Of a stretch of 64,000 nt of DNA, positions 20,279 through 32,559 are shown piece by piece. The DNA is from Escherichia coli (GTDB taxonomy: Bacteria; Pseudomonadota; Gammaproteobacteria; Enterobacterales; Enterobacteriaceae): assembly GCF_044647545.1 (NCBI RefSeq), contig NZ_CP172818.1; one strand, given 5' to 3'. The stretch's first letter is position 1; every line of letters starts with the position of its first letter. The notes beneath the pieces were generated by a model. The model was not told the origin of the DNA. It was given only the letters and a program-made list of their open reading frames with translations, and made no database searches. The position numbers were made by a program, and so were the translations under genes.

Positions 20279-23200
20279 ATGGCGAATTTCTTTATTGATC
20301 GCCCCATTTTTGCCTGGGTGCTGGCAATCCTGTTGTGTCTGACAGGGACCCTGGCGATTTTTTCATTGCCCGTTGAACAATACCCCGATCTCGCGCCACC
20401 GAATGTGCGAGTGACCGCTAACTATCCCGGCGCATCGGCCCAGACGCTGGAAAACACCGTGACCCAGGTTATCGAGCAAAATATGACCGGCCTCGATAAT
20501 CTGATGTATATGTCATCTCAGAGCAGCGGCACCGGTCAGGCATCTGTCACGTTAAGTTTTAAAGCAGGCACCGATCCGGACGAAGCCGTGCAGCAAGTAC
20601 AAAACCAGCTACAATCAGCCATGCGAAAGTTACCGCAGGCGGTGCAAAATCAGGGCGTGACGGTGCGTAAAACCGGCGATACCAACATTCTGACCATTGC
20701 CTTCGTCTCTACCGATGGTTCGATGGATAAACAGGATATTGCCGATTACGTTGCCAGTAATATTCAGGATCCGTTAAGCCGCGTGAATGGCGTCGGGGAT
20801 ATCGATGCCTATGGTTCGCAATATTCCATGCGTATCTGGCTGGACCCGGCGAAACTCAACAGTTTCCAGATGACGGCTAAAGATGTCACTGATGCCATTG
20901 AGTCACAGAACGCGCAGATTGCGGTTGGGCAACTTGGTGGTACGCCTTCCGTCGATAAGCAGGCGCTCAACGCCACCATTAACGCCCAGTCACTGCTGCA
21001 AACACCAGAACAGTTCCGCGATATCACCTTGCGGGTGAATCAGGACGGCTCAGAGGTAAGGCTGGGCGATGTCGCCACCGTCGAAATGGGGGCGGAAAAA
21101 TACGATTATCTTAGCCGCTTCAATGGTAAGCCAGCCTCCGGGCTGGGGGTAAAACTGGCCTCCGGCGCGAACGAAATGGCGACAGCGGAGCTGGTGCTCA
21201 ATCGTCTCGACGAGCTGGCGCAGTATTTCCCGCACGGACTGGAATACAAGGTGGCGTATGAAACCACCTCGTTTGTTAAAGCCTCCATTGAAGACGTGGT
21301 GAAAACGCTGCTGGAAGCTATCGCTCTGGTTTTCCTCGTTATGTATCTGTTCCTGCAAAACTTCCGCGCCACGCTGATACCCACTATCGCCGTGCCGGTG
21401 GTGTTGATGGGAACCTTCTCCGTACTTTATGCCTTCGGTTACAGCGTCAACACCTTAACCATGTTCGCGATGGTGCTGGCGATCGGTCTGCTGGTGGATG
21501 ATGCCATCGTGGTGGTGGAAAACGTCGAACGTATTATGAGTGAGGAAGGACTCACTCCTCGCGAAGCCACACGTAAATCGATGGGGCAGATCCAGGGGGC
21601 ACTGGTCGGGATTGCGATGGTGCTTTCGGCGGTATTTGTACCAATGGCCTTCTTCGGCGGCACCACCGGTGCCATCTATCGCCAGTTCTCTATTACCATT
21701 GTTGCAGCAATGGTGCTGTCAGTACTGGTAGCGATGATCCTCACTCCGGCTCTGTGTGCCACGCTACTTAAGCCACTGAAAAAAGGTGAGCATCACGGGC
21801 AAAAAGGCTTTTTTGCCTGGTTTAACCAGATGTTTAACCGCAACGCCGAACGCTACGAAAAAGGGGTGGCGAAAATTCTCCACCGTAGCCTGCGCTGGAT
21901 TGTGATTTATGTCCTGCTGCTTGGCGGCATGGTGTTCCTGTTCCTGCGTTTGCCGACGTCGTTCTTGCCACTTGAAGACCGTGGCATGTTTACTACCTCG
22001 GTACAGTTGCCCAGCGGTTCAACCCAACAACAGACCCTGAAAGTCGTTGAGCAAATCGAGAAATACTACTTCACCCATGAAAAAGACAACATCATGTCGG
22101 TGTTTGCCACTGTTGGTTCTGGCCCTGGGGGTAACGGGCAAAACGTGGCGAGAATGTTTATCCGCCTGAAAGACTGGAGCGAACGCGACAGTAAGACCGG
22201 CACCTCGTTTGCCATTATCGAGCGTGCAACGAAGGCGTTTAACAAGATTAAAGAAGCTCGCGTTATCGCCAGCAGCCCGCCAGCAATTAGCGGTCTTGGT
22301 AGTTCTGCGGGTTTTGATATGGAGTTGCAGGACCACGCTGGAGCGGGTCACGATGCGCTGATGGCAGCACGAAACCAGTTGCTGGCGCTGGCAGCGGAAA
22401 ACCCGGAGCTAACCCGTGTGCGCCATAACGGCCTCGACGACAGTCCGCAGTTGCAGATTGATATCGACCAGCGTAAAGCTCAGGCGCTGGGCGTTGCTAT
22501 CGACGATATTAACGACACACTGCAAACCGCCTGGGGTTCGAGCTATGTGAATGACTTTATGGATCGCGGTCGCGTGAAGAAAGTCTATGTGCAGGCAGCT
22601 GCGCCGTATCGCATGCTGCCAGATGACATCAATCTCTGGTATGTCCGAAATAAAGATGGCGGCATGGTGCCCTTCTCTGCTTTCGCGACCTCACGCTGGG
22701 AGACAGGCTCGCCGCGTCTGGAACGCTATAACGGTTATTCTGCGGTAGAGATTGTAGGGGAAGCCGCACCGGGGGTCAGTACCGGTACGGCGATGGATAT
22801 TATGGAATCGTTAGTGAAGCAGTTACCAAACGGCTTTGGTCTGGAGTGGACGGCGATGTCGTATCAGGAGCGGCTTTCCGGCGCGCAGGCTCCGGCGCTG
22901 TACGCTATTTCCTTGCTGGTGGTATTCCTGTGTCTTGCGGCGTTGTATGAAAGCTGGTCGGTGCCGTTCTCGGTAATGCTGGTCGTGCCGCTGGGGGTTA
23001 TCGGCGCGCTGCTGGCAACCTGGATGCGCGGGCTGGAAAACGACGTTTACTTCCAGGTGGGCCTGTTAACGGTCATTGGTTTATCGGCGAAAAACGCCAT
23101 CCTGATCGTCGAGTTTGCTAACGAGATGAACCAAAAAGGCCACGACCTGTTTGAAGCGACGCTCCACGCCTGCCGTCAGCGTTTACGCCCGATTCTGATG

Positions 23201-23392
23201 ACTTCGCTGGCATTTATCTTCGGCGTATTGCCAATGGCAACCAGCACGGGTGCCGGTTCCGGTGGTCAGCATGCGGTGGGTACTGGCGTAATGGGCGGGA
23301 TGATTTCGGCCACTATTCTGGCTATTTACTTCGTGCCGCTGTTCTTTGTGCTGGTGCGCCGCCGCTTCCCGCTGAAGCCGCGCCCGGAATAA
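20279..23392 (+). CDS. acrD: RND aminoglycoside efflux pump AcrD
   Basis: 1037-aa ORF, AcrB/AcrD family 12-TM transporter. Confidence 0.95.
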   Translation: MANFFIDRPIFAWVLAILLCLTGTLAIFSLPVEQYPDLAPPNVRVTANYPGASAQTLENTVTQVIEQNMTGLDNLMYMSSQSSGTGQASVTLSFKAGTDPDEAVQQVQNQLQSAMRKLPQAVQNQGVTVRKTGDTNILTIAFVSTDGSMDKQDIADYVASNIQDPLSRVNGVGDIDAYGSQYSMRIWLDPAKLNSFQMTAKDVTDAIESQNAQIAVGQLGGTPSVDKQALNATINAQSLLQTPEQFRDITLRVNQDGSEVRLGDVATVEMGAEKYDYLSRFNGKPASGLGVKLASGANEMATAELVLNRLDELAQYFPHGLEYKVAYETTSFVKASIEDVVKTLLEAIALVFLVMYLFLQNFRATLIPTIAVPVVLMGTFSVLYAFGYSVNTLTMFAMVLAIGLLVDDAIVVVENVERIMSEEGLTPREATRKSMGQIQGALVGIAMVLSAVFVPMAFFGGTTGAIYRQFSITIVAAMVLSVLVAMILTPALCATLLKPLKKGEHHGQKGFFAWFNQMFNRNAERYEKGVAKILHRSLRWIVIYVLLLGGMVFLFLRLPTSFLPLEDRGMFTTSVQLPSGSTQQQTLKVVEQIEKYYFTHEKDNIMSVFATVGSGPGGNGQNVARMFIRLKDWSERDSKTGTSFAIIERATKAFNKIKEARVIASSPPAISGLGSSAGFDMELQDHAGAGHDALMAARNQLLALAAENPELTRVRHNGLDDSPQLQIDIDQRKAQALGVAIDDINDTLQTAWGSSYVNDFMDRGRVKKVYVQAAAPYRMLPDDINLWYVRNKDGGMVPFSAFATSRWETGSPRLERYNGYSAVEIVGEAAPGVSTGTAMDIMESLVKQLPNGFGLEWTAMSYQERLSGAQAPALYAISLLVVFLCLAALYESWSVPFSVMLVVPLGVIGALLATWMRGLENDVYFQVGLLTVIGLSAKNAILIVEFANEMNQKGHDLFEATLHACRQRLRPILMTSLAFIFGVLPMATSTGAGSGGQHAVGTGVMGGMISATILAIYFVPLFFVLVRRRFPLKPRPE

Positions 23393-23403
23393 GCAATAAA
23401 AAA

Positions 23404-23430
23404 GGCGACATGCTAATGTGTCGCCTTTTT
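23404..23430 (+). terminator. rho-independent terminator after acrD
   Basis: ggcgaca tgctaatg tgtcgcc followed by ttttt. Confidence 0.8.
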
Positions 23431-23490
23431 CAACTTTCCGATTAAGAACCTGCTCAGCGGGTTCTTGCTGTTTGTACTTTGTCTCAGGAA

Positions 23491-23550
23491 TTACTTACGA
23501 AGCATAACTTCGATAAAGTCTTTCCAGTTCCCCAGTTCACGTTCAATCAT
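23491..23550 (-). CDS. ypfM: 19-aa small protein YpfM
   Basis: Reverse strand ATG ATT GAA CGT GAA CTG GGG AAC TGG AAA GAC TTT ATC GAA GTT ATG CTT CGT AAG TAA = MIERELGNWKDFIEVMLRK; below the track's size cut-off. Confidence 0.7.
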   Translation of the reverse strand: MIERELGNWKDFIEVMLRK

Positions 23551-23912
23551 AACAACCTCTCTTATAATTATGGGTATTCTACGGAAACAATATACCGTGG
23601 TGAAGCTAATTTACTCGATTGCTGCGATGACTACCTCCGGGGGACAAACCTTATGTAAATACTATGGTCCTGCGGTGATAATTTGTATGTGATACACAGC
23701 AACATTTCGAGATATTCATACGGCATCTAATACTGATTTAATTCTGGTTAAAATACAGACAGATAACAAGATGAATATTCTTAATGTTTACGTTAAAAAT
23801 GTTTAATGTTATTTAATAGTTGTTAATTTGAATACTTCGATAATGTTATATTTCCTGATAATCATTTGCAGGCAAAATGTTTTCACCCTTAAATGAGTAT
23901 TTATTCTCATAA

Positions 23913-24287
<375 letters not shown>

Positions 24288-24290
24288 TCT

Positions 24291-25418
24291 ATGTCGTGCC
24301 CGGTTATTGAGCTGACACAACAGCTTATTCGCCGCCCTTCCCTGAGTCCTGATGACGCAGGATGCCAGGCTTTGTTGATTGAACGTTTGCAGGCGATCGG
24401 TTTTACCGTTGAACGCATGGACTTTGCCGATACGCAGAATTTTTGGGCATGGCGTGGGCAGGGTGAAACGTTAGCCTTTGCCGGGCATACCGACGTGGTG
24501 CCGCCTGGCGACGCCGACCGTTGGATCAATCCGCCGTTTGAACCCACCATTCGTGACGGCATGTTATTCGGGCGCGGTGCGGCAGATATGAAAGGCTCGC
24601 TGGCAGCGATGGTGGTAGCGGCAGAACGCTTTGTCGCACAACATCCCAACCATGCAGGTCGACTGGCATTTCTGATCACCTCTGATGAAGAAGCCAGTGC
24701 CCACAACGGTACGGTAAAAGTCGTCGAGGCGTTAATGGCACGTAATGAGCGTCTCGATTACTGCCTGGTCGGCGAACCGTCGAGTATCGAAGTGGTAGGT
24801 GATGTGGTGAAAAATGGTCGTCGCGGATCGTTAACCTGCAACCTCACCATTCATGGCGTGCAGGGGCATGTTGCCTACCCACATCTGGCTGACAATCCGG
24901 TACATCGCGCAGCACCTTTCCTTAATGAATTAGTGGCTATTGAGTGGGATCAGGGCAATGAATTCTTCCCGGCGACCAGTATGCAGATTGCCAATATTCA
25001 GGCGGGAACGGGCAGTAACAACGTTATTCCGGGTGAACTGTTTGTGCAGTTTAACTTCCGCTTCAGCACCGAACTGACTGATGAGATGATCAAAGCGCAG
25101 GTGCTTGCCCTGCTTGAAAAACATCAACTGCGCTATACGGTGGATTGGTGGCTTTCCGGGCAGCCATTTTTGACCGCACGCGGTAAACTGGTGGATGCGG
25201 TCGTTAACGCGGTTGAGCACTATAATGAAATTAAACCGCAGCTACTGACCACAGGCGGAACGTCCGACGGGCGCTTTATTGCCCGCATGGGGGCGCAGGT
25301 GGTGGAACTCGGGCCGGTCAATGCCACTATTCATAAAATTAATGAATGTGTGAACGCTGCCGACCTGCAGCTACTTGCCCGTATGTATCAACGTATCATG
25401 GAACAGCTCGTCGCGTGA
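24291..25418 (+). CDS. dapE: succinyl-diaminopimelate desuccinylase DapE
   Basis: 375-aa ORF, M20 peptidase family. Confidence 0.95.
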   Translation: MSCPVIELTQQLIRRPSLSPDDAGCQALLIERLQAIGFTVERMDFADTQNFWAWRGQGETLAFAGHTDVVPPGDADRWINPPFEPTIRDGMLFGRGAADMKGSLAAMVVAAERFVAQHPNHAGRLAFLITSDEEASAHNGTVKVVEALMARNERLDYCLVGEPSSIEVVGDVVKNGRRGSLTCNLTIHGVQGHVAYPHLADNPVHRAAPFLNELVAIEWDQGNEFFPATSMQIANIQAGTGSNNVIPGELFVQFNFRFSTELTDEMIKAQVLALLEKHQLRYTVDWWLSGQPFLTARGKLVDAVVNAVEHYNEIKPQLLTTGGTSDGRFIARMGAQVVELGPVNATIHKINECVNAADLQLLARMYQRIMEQLVA

Positions 25419-25445
25419 TGAGTGGTTCCGCAAGAGGAAATAAGC

Positions 25446-25646
25446 ATGGACTGGCTGGCTAAATATTGGTGGATTCTGGTGATTGTCTTTTTGGTAGGCG
25501 TCCTGCTGAACGTGATTAAAGATCTCAAGCGCGTCGACCATAAGAAATTTCTCGCCAACAAGCCGGAGCTTCCCCCGCATCGTGATTTCAACGATAAGTG
25601 GGACGATGACGACGACTGGCCGAAAAAGGATCAACCGAAGAAGTAA
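25446..25646 (+). CDS. ypfN: small membrane protein YpfN
   Basis: ATG at 25446 gives 66 aa [21 protein letters not shown]... (one TM helix, acidic C-tail). Confidence 0.85.
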
Positions 25647-25653
25647 GCTAAGG

Positions 25654-25684
25654 GCCGGATAAGGCGTTAACGCCGCATCCGGCC
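25654..25684. repeat. REP (repetitive extragenic palindrome) element
   Basis: gccggataaggcgttaacgccgcatccggcc. Confidence 0.8.
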
Positions 25685-25725
25685 ATGATGCCTGATACAG
25701 TCTTATCAGACCTACCCGGCTATTA

Positions 25726-26424
25726 TTACATCATTTCAATCACATCATCATCGCCAGGCTTACCGCCGCTTAGCGCTTCGTCGAAATAATGTTTCGGAAT
25801 GGTATAACGCAAGTGATCCAGAGCAAATTGCATACTGCGATTGTCGATCGCATGGCCTAAATCCTCCACGATATCCAGCGTCACGTCACCACCGGCACTG
25901 ATTAACGCTTCCTGCGCCGCAACCGCATGCGCCAGATCGATAACCGGATCTTCACCGCCATGAATCAGGTGAATTGTCGTGGCTGTAGACGCGGTTTCCG
26001 GCAGGCTCGCATAGCGTCCGTTAAAGGCAATGACGCGTGAGGCAAGGCCCGGTTCGGCTTTAATGCTCTCCAGCGCCATAATCGCGCCTTGAGAGAAACC
26101 GATTAGCGCCGTGGCGTTAGCCCCTACTCCGCTCTGTTTCTGCCAGTAGCGCACCGTCTCAATAAACGTCGGCATGATGGCATCCACACGCGCCTGGCGA
26201 TTATCTTCCGTAATACCCTGCACCGAAAACCACTGACGCCCCGCCGGATTACCGCTCGGCTCCGCGCCTCCGACACTCACCACCAGCGCATCAGGAAATA
26301 GCGGCGCAAACCAGCTACCTATTTCCCCCATTGCCACCGGGTTATCCCCGACACCGTGGAAAAGCAGTAACAACTGTTGCGCAGGTTTATCCGGGCTTTG
26401 AACAACAAAATGGTCATGTTTCAT
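25726..26424 (-). CDS. ypfH: esterase YpfH (alpha/beta hydrolase)
   Basis: ATG at 26424 gives 232 aa; GFSQG serine-hydrolase motif. Confidence 0.9.
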   Translation of the reverse strand: MKHDHFVVQSPDKPAQQLLLLFHGVGDNPVAMGEIGSWFAPLFPDALVVSVGGAEPSGNPAGRQWFSVQGITEDNRQARVDAIMPTFIETVRYWQKQSGVGANATALIGFSQGAIMALESIKAEPGLASRVIAFNGRYASLPETASTATTIHLIHGGEDPVIDLAHAVAAQEALISAGGDVTLDIVEDLGHAIDNRSMQFALDHLRYTIPKHYFDEALSGGKPGDDDVIEMM

Positions 26425-26497
26425 GGCGAACTCCTTAACTGATGTCATTAATTTTACGCCGCTGACTCACAATGACCATGGGAGAAAATTGAAGGAG

Positions 26498-28513
26498 TCA
26501 GTGAAAAAATTGCCATTGCGTTATGCGATCGCGCAAACGCTCAGTGCGAACATCATCAAGTGCGTATAGCGCCTGCGCGGCCTCTTCCCGCTGACGGACC
26601 AGTAACAGCTTACGGCCTGAAAGTTTAAGTGTGGTACATAACTGCGCGTCACTGGCGTTTTTCTGTAAACGTCCACGCAGCGCCGGTAATGCCATTTCGC
26701 TGGTTTGTAACAGACGCATTAAGCAACCTAACGACGTTAATAGCGGACGATGAGCGAAAGCAAAACCGGCCAGTTCAAGCCAGTCGTCGTCAGAAAGGAC
26801 GGCATCGTTTAGTGGATCAACAGGAAGCGTTTCGCCATTCCACTTTGCGAGAGCTTGCGCATCGCGACGTAAACGGTAATGCTCACCTTCAGCCAGTTGT
26901 TTACCCGCATCACTCATCGGTAACAGCGCCATCGCCGTATAGCAACCGCTGCTGGCTTCACGATGATTACCCATTCGCACCAGCACAAAACCGCAGCGTT
27001 GCCAGAAACGCCATAATTCCCCGGTGTAACCAAAACTCACCGAAAGATAGTCGAGGTCATGCGTATATTGCAAAGCACCAGCAATCAGTTGCTGACCTGT
27101 GCCTTCCCGCTGACGAGCCGGATGAACTGCTATCCGGCTAACCCGCCTTCCGCGCAATGTCGCCGCCAGTGGATTGCTGCCGTGCGCCGCCAGCGACTGG
27201 GCCACCAGATTACCCCGCGGGCGACGAAAACCTGCCCATACCGCCTGACTGAGTTCTTGAGATAATCCGCCCTCATCCACCAGCCACAGCGCCCCGGCAA
27301 TCGCGTTTTCGCCAGCCGCCTGTAAAAAATGTTGCCCTGGTGCATCCATCATGCGGCGTAAATCCAGCGGCGAAGTCCGGTAGTGCGCACCAGACAATAA
27401 TTGATAAACCTTTAACGGCGTTTGTGGCTCGCTTCGCCATAACGTCTGTTCAAATGCGGAAATGACGATATTGCCTTGTGGTGTGTGGGTGAAGTTTTCA
27501 TCGTCAAAAACCAGTGCCTCACTAACCATTTTTTCCAGCGGGCATCCCTGTGCCCAGCGGATCGGCTGTTGCAGTTCAAAACGGTGTAAATGCGGAAAGC
27601 GAGCGCAAAATTTCAGCAAAAAACCACGTCCCGTGCCTTCGTAGCCCTGCACCGTAGTGGTTAACAACGTTCGAGGAAAACGCGATACCAGTTGATGCAA
27701 CAACGGCGCAGGTATGGCTGCGGCTTCATCGACCACCAGCCAGTCGGCTTGCTCATCGCTGGCTATCAAGGCATCCGGTGCAATAAAGCGAAACTTCTCG
27801 CCCGCAAATTGTGCCAGTACATCCGTTGCCGCTTTTGCGGGCGCGGTGACAATCGCACTGCCCGCAATACGAGAAATAAGTTGCCCTGCCAACGCCGACT
27901 TACCGCGCCCACGCGCAGCAGTTACCGCTGCCACGCCCGGCGGCATGGTCAGTAGCTGCTGTAAGAGTTGCTGTTGTTCTGGTTGTGGTGCGCCGGTCGC
28001 GGGGTGCCAGTCAGTACGGGGAGTAAAATGCGCCAACGAGAACGGCTGGTTTTGCCGCCAGAGGATAGCGTCGTTATTCGCCGTAATTACGCGTTTGAAA
28101 TGCTGGACAAAATGCGGCGTCGCAATAGGGTCAGGGCAATCACTCCAGCGCAGCGAGTCGGCATCAGGTTGGTTATCCCACTCTTCCCATACAGGGAGTA
28201 ACAAAACCAGCCAGCTTCCCGCTTTCAACGTTCCGCTAAGTGCCGCAAAGGCAGCGGCATCAAAGCCGTGGCGGGCGTCGAATACCGCATGCCGGAACTC
28301 GCGCCCAAGTAAAGTTTGTAGCGCCGAGGGAAAACAGTGGTTTTCAGCGACTGGCTGCGGCGAAATCCACAGCCAGTCGCCAGGTAAGGCATCACGCAAC
28401 TTAAGCGCATGATCAAAACACCAACCCTCTTCCCCGCTCAACACCAGCAAGCGGCGGATCCCTTCACGTTTCATTTGCGCTGTTAATGTGTGAAGCGCAG
28501 TCAGTTCAGCCAT
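26498..28513 (-). CDS. tmcA: tRNA(Met) cytidine acetyltransferase TmcA (formerly ypfI)
   Basis: 671-aa ORF, helicase-like ATPase plus GNAT region. Confidence 0.92.
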   Translation of the reverse strand: MAELTALHTLTAQMKREGIRRLLVLSGEEGWCFDHALKLRDALPGDWLWISPQPVAENHCFPSALQTLLGREFRHAVFDARHGFDAAAFAALSGTLKAGSWLVLLLPVWEEWDNQPDADSLRWSDCPDPIATPHFVQHFKRVITANNDAILWRQNQPFSLAHFTPRTDWHPATGAPQPEQQQLLQQLLTMPPGVAAVTAARGRGKSALAGQLISRIAGSAIVTAPAKAATDVLAQFAGEKFRFIAPDALIASDEQADWLVVDEAAAIPAPLLHQLVSRFPRTLLTTTVQGYEGTGRGFLLKFCARFPHLHRFELQQPIRWAQGCPLEKMVSEALVFDDENFTHTPQGNIVISAFEQTLWRSEPQTPLKVYQLLSGAHYRTSPLDLRRMMDAPGQHFLQAAGENAIAGALWLVDEGGLSQELSQAVWAGFRRPRGNLVAQSLAAHGSNPLAATLRGRRVSRIAVHPARQREGTGQQLIAGALQYTHDLDYLSVSFGYTGELWRFWQRCGFVLVRMGNHREASSGCYTAMALLPMSDAGKQLAEGEHYRLRRDAQALAKWNGETLPVDPLNDAVLSDDDWLELAGFAFAHRPLLTSLGCLMRLLQTSEMALPALRGRLQKNASDAQLCTTLKLSGRKLLLVRQREEAAQALYALDDVRTERLRDRITQWQFFH

Positions 28514-28527
28514 CCCTGCCCCGGAAG

Positions 28528-29391
28528 TTAAATGCTTTTACCAAAAGTATTGCATTGTGCCGGATCGCCACTGTCGAAACCACGTTTAAACCAGCTGTAG
28601 CGTTGCTGAGAAGTGCCATGTGTGAAACTGTCTGGTACTACTCGCCCCTGACTTTGCTGTTGTAAACGGTCATCGCCGATGGCCTGCGCCGCGTTCAGCG
28701 CCTCTTCCAGATCGCCGGTTTCCAGAACACCTTGCTGCTGCATACTATGCCCCCAGACACCGGCAAAACAGTCGGCCTGGAGTTCCATACGCACAGATAA
28801 GCGGTTCACTTCCGCCTGCGTCGCGTTTTGTTGCAGTTGACGAACTTTCGGCTCGATGCCTAACAGTTTCTGCACATGATGACCGACTTCATGGGCGATA
28901 ACGTACCCCTGGGCAAAATCGCCATCCGCGCCAAGTTTGTCTTTCATGTCATCATAGAAGGAGAGATCGATATAAACCGTGCCATCCGCCGGGCAATAGA
29001 ACGGTCCCATAATGGATTGGCCCGCCCCGCAGCCGGTGCGCGTCATTCCACGGTACATGACCAGCTTCGGTTGCTGATAGGTTTTACCCATCTTCTCGAA
29101 TTGCTGTCCCCAGGTGTCTTCCGTGGTTGCCAAAATCACCGAAGTGAATTTTGCGGCTTCGTCTTCATTAGGACTAATTGACCGTGTTGATTGCTGTTGG
29201 GAAACCGGCTGTCCGGTCATCAACCCGGTTAAATCAACGCCATAGTAGCCTGCAACCAGCACGACTATCAGTAAAATCAGCCCGCCTTTACCGCTTGGCA
29301 GGCGAAAACCTGGACCGCCCATTGACGGACCGCCGGAGCTATTGCGCCTGTCTTCAACATTGTCACTTTCACGTCGCCCTTGCCAACGCAT
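28528..29391 (-). CDS. ypfJ: putative zinc metalloprotease YpfJ
   Basis: 287-aa ORF with HEVGH zinc-binding motif and N-terminal TM segment. Confidence 0.9.
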
Positions 29392-29558
29392 AGATACCTC
29401 AACAATATATTCATTATAGAAATGATCGTAGGTGGTTCAGAGGAAGATTACCACAGGAAAGCGGGATGAAATGGCGGAGGAATGAGCGTTCAATACTCAT
29501 CTTATGAGAGCGGTTGTCTTGCCGTGCCAGCAGCACGGCAAGATGATGAATAAAAAAA

Positions 29559-30272
29559 TCAGTCCAGCTGTACACCCAAGCGGCGGGCAACGGCTTCATA
29601 GGCTTCGATCAGGCCACCGAGGCTCTGGCGGAAACGGTCTTTGTCCATTTTCTCCAGCGTTTCTTTGTCCCACAGACGGCTGCCGTCCGGGGAGAACTCA
29701 TCGCCCAGAACTACTTCGCCTTTGTACAGACCAAACTCCAGCTTGAAGTCGACCAGAATGAGACCAGCATCATCGAACAGTTTTTTCAGCACGTCGTTCG
29801 CTTTGTAGGTCAGCTCTTTCATACGCGCCAGGTTCTCTTTGCTCACCCAGCCAAAGGTTTCGCAGTAAGATTCGTTGACCATCGGATCGTGCATGGCGTC
29901 GTTTTTCAGGAACAGATCGAACAGTGGCGGGTTCAGCTCAATACCTTCTTCGATTCCAAGACGTTTCACCAGAGAGCCAGCAGCACGGTTACGCACGACA
30001 CACTCAACCGGCACCATATCCAGCTTTTTCACCAGACATTCGGTATCGGAGAGCAGACGCTCCATTTGAGTCGGGATACCCGCTTCAGCCAGTTTGCTCA
30101 TAATGAAGTAGTTGAACTTGTTGTTCACCATACCTTTGCGATCAAACTGCTCAATGCGCGCGCCATCCCCTGCTGACGTATCATTGCGGAATTCGAGCAC
30201 CAACAGGTCCGGGTTTTCCGTGCTGTATACGGTTTTCGCTTTACCACGATACAACTCAGCTTGCTTTTGCAT
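29559..30272 (-). CDS. purC: SAICAR synthetase PurC
   Basis: ATG at 30272 gives 237 aa [18 protein letters not shown]... Confidence 0.93.
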
Positions 30273-30335
30273 CTTTATCACTCCTGGGTGTGAATTAACG
30301 TTTTAAAATCTATTGCTGTCTGGTGTGCCGGATGT

Positions 30336-30374
<39 letters not shown>

Positions 30375-30425
30375 CCGACAAACAAATTTCGTGCGAATTA
30401 CCGCTAAAATCGCGTTTTTCTGCCG

Positions 30426-30441
30426 ACGCACACGTTTGCGT
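30426..30441. promoter_or_regulatory. PurR operator (pur box) upstream of purC
   Basis: acgcacacgtttgcgt versus palindromic consensus ACGCAAACGTTTGCGT (15/16). Confidence 0.6.
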
Positions 30442-30484
30442 ATCATATCAGAAAAAAGGGCCGGATGACTCCAGCCCTGTATTT

Positions 30485-31519
30485 TTACTTGCTAAACGCA
30501 GCCTGGAAGACAGCTACCAGCGCGTCGTTCTGACTCTGAGTCAGAGTATGACCTTTCGGATCGATGAACTGTAGGCTGCTGCGGTTATCTAAATCGCCAA
30601 CCTGCAGTTTATAGTCACCGGATGCCAGACCTGGATCGCTCGCGCCCAGTTCGTGCCATTCGCTGTCAGACAGCGGCTTGTAAGTTACGGCCATGTTGCC
30701 CTGCGAACGGGTGCTGTCGGTCACTTTCATGCCCACTTTTTCCAGCGCAGCTGGCAGACGTTGCCAAACCACATTGAACGGCCCGCGTACGACCAGCATT
30801 GGTAAACCGGTGTCATCAGCTGCACTTTGTACGTCCATAGTGGTGGAGGCACGATTTTGCGCAGCGTTCGCGGCGTCAGTGGCAGATTTATCCAGACCGG
30901 CGGAAATAACGTTCATCATCTCCGTGCTGTAACGCTGCATGGAAGCCGCGTCTGCAACCGGTTTGCCCGCCTGTTCCAGGTTCAGCAGTTTAACCGTAAC
31001 CGCCTGCTGATAACCCTGCGGCTTAACAGAGATTTGATAACGACCACGATACTGCTCGTCTTCGTCCAGACGGTTCCATTGTACCCAATCGGTGGTCAGT
31101 GTCTGACCAGCATCATCACGTTGGGTGATGGTGTAGTTTTTCGCCTGCAGCACGCTAACCACCTGCGGCCACAGAGTATTGCCACGACCATTTTCCACCA
31201 GCAATGAAGCGGTATCGCCCGTGAACTGGGTACGCGCGCCAGAAACCAGTGCCAGCGGCTGGGCTGGTGGACGAATGTCCAGCGCCTTACCGACAGCACC
31301 ACTACCGTTGGTCACCGGGATTGCATAATCACCGGAGGTCACCGGCAAAATCATTCCAGCCGGGGCATGAAGCTCCGCAAGCGGTGCCGCTTCCAGGTAG
31401 GCTTCATCACCACTGACCTGACGCTTATAGCGTGAGTCAGAACTACAGGCAGCGAGTAATAAAACAAGCGAAACACCCGCAACCTTTGCCAGGCGCGACT
31501 TTTGAACAGAGTAAGCCAT
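30485..31519 (-). CDS. bamC: outer-membrane lipoprotein BamC (formerly nlpB)
   Basis: 344 aa from ATG at 31519; lipobox LLAAC. Confidence 0.93.
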   Translation of the reverse strand: MAYSVQKSRLAKVAGVSLVLLLAACSSDSRYKRQVSGDEAYLEAAPLAELHAPAGMILPVTSGDYAIPVTNGSGAVGKALDIRPPAQPLALVSGARTQFTGDTASLLVENGRGNTLWPQVVSVLQAKNYTITQRDDAGQTLTTDWVQWNRLDEDEQYRGRYQISVKPQGYQQAVTVKLLNLEQAGKPVADAASMQRYSTEMMNVISAGLDKSATDAANAAQNRASTTMDVQSAADDTGLPMLVVRGPFNVVWQRLPAALEKVGMKVTDSTRSQGNMAVTYKPLSDSEWHELGASDPGLASGDYKLQVGDLDNRSSLQFIDPKGHTLTQSQNDALVAVFQAAFSK

Positions 31520-31535
31520 CAAATCTCCCTAAACT

Positions 31536-32414
31536 TTACAGCAAACCGGCATGCTTAAGCGCCGCTCTGACCGTCTCACGACCACTGTCGGTGATTGGTG
31601 TCATTGGCAGGCGCAGCGTATCGGTCGCCACAAGACCCAGTTCCTTACATGCCCATTTCACAGGGATTGGATTGGGTTCGACAAATAGTTTGTTGTGTAA
31701 TGGCATCAGACGCTGATTAATAACGCGTGCCTCGGCAAAATGCCCTTCTGCTGCCAGTTTGCACATCTGGGCCATATCACGCGCTGCGACGTTAGCCGTA
31801 ACGGAAATAACCCCATGACCGCCCAATTGCATGAAGTCCAGCGCGCTCGCATCATCGCCGCTCAGCAGAACAAAATCATCTGAAACCAGCTCTTTGATCT
31901 GGTTTACACGCGTTAAGTTCCCTGTTGCCTCTTTGATTCCGATAATATTTTTTACTTTCGCCAGACGGCCCACCGTTTCCGGGAGCAGATCGCAGCCAGT
32001 ACGGGACGGCACATTATACAGAATTTGCGGCAGGTCAGTATGTTCAGCGATGGCTTTGAAATGCTGATACAAACCTTCTTGCGACGGACGATTGTAGTAA
32101 GGGGTTACCGTCAGGCAGCCGACGATACCGCTGTCATTGAAGCGCTGCGTCAGGCTAATGGCTTCCGCAGTAGCGTTAGCACCGGTCCCGGCAATCACCG
32201 GAATGCGCCCGTCAGCCAGCTCCAGCGTCATCATCACCACATCAGCATGTTCGTCATGATTTAAGGTAGCGGACTCGCCAGTGGTGCCAACAGAAACGAT
32301 CGCCGAAGTACCGCTGGCGACATGATAATCAATCAGTTTTTTCAAGCTAGCCCGACAGACATTACCTTTTTCATCCATCGGAGTAACAATCGCGACAATA
32401 CTTCCCGTGAACAT
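31536..32414 (-). CDS. dapA: 4-hydroxy-tetrahydrodipicolinate synthase DapA
   Basis: ATG at 32414 gives 292 aa [13 protein letters not shown]... Confidence 0.93.
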   Translation of the reverse strand: MFTGSIVAIVTPMDEKGNVCRASLKKLIDYHVASGTSAIVSVGTTGESATLNHDEHADVVMMTLELADGRIPVIAGTGANATAEAISLTQRFNDSGIVGCLTVTPYYNRPSQEGLYQHFKAIAEHTDLPQILYNVPSRTGCDLLPETVGRLAKVKNIIGIKEATGNLTRVNQIKELVSDDFVLLSGDDASALDFMQLGGHGVISVTANVAARDMAQMCKLAAEGHFAEARVINQRLMPLHNKLFVEPNPIPVKWACKELGLVATDTLRLPMTPITDSGRETVRAALKHAGLL

Positions 32415-32559
32415 GGGCCATCCTCTGTGCAAACAAGTGTCTCAATGGTACGTTTGGTATGGCATTAAAAGCAAGCAGACAGAACCGTTCTGATTGTTGT
32501 ATGCATGTTTTTTTTATGCTTTCCTTAAGAACAACTCACCCCTTGAAGGAATAACCAGT

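Noticed and set aside
27714-28412. 232-aa + strand ORF antisense to tmcA
   Set aside because: Shadow ORF; Ala/Ser/Cys-rich translation typical of GC-rich antisense frames.
29414-29599. 61-aa minus-strand ORF between ypfJ and purC
   Set aside because: Overlaps the purC 3' end and a stem-loop; no RBS; most likely non-coding 3' UTR.
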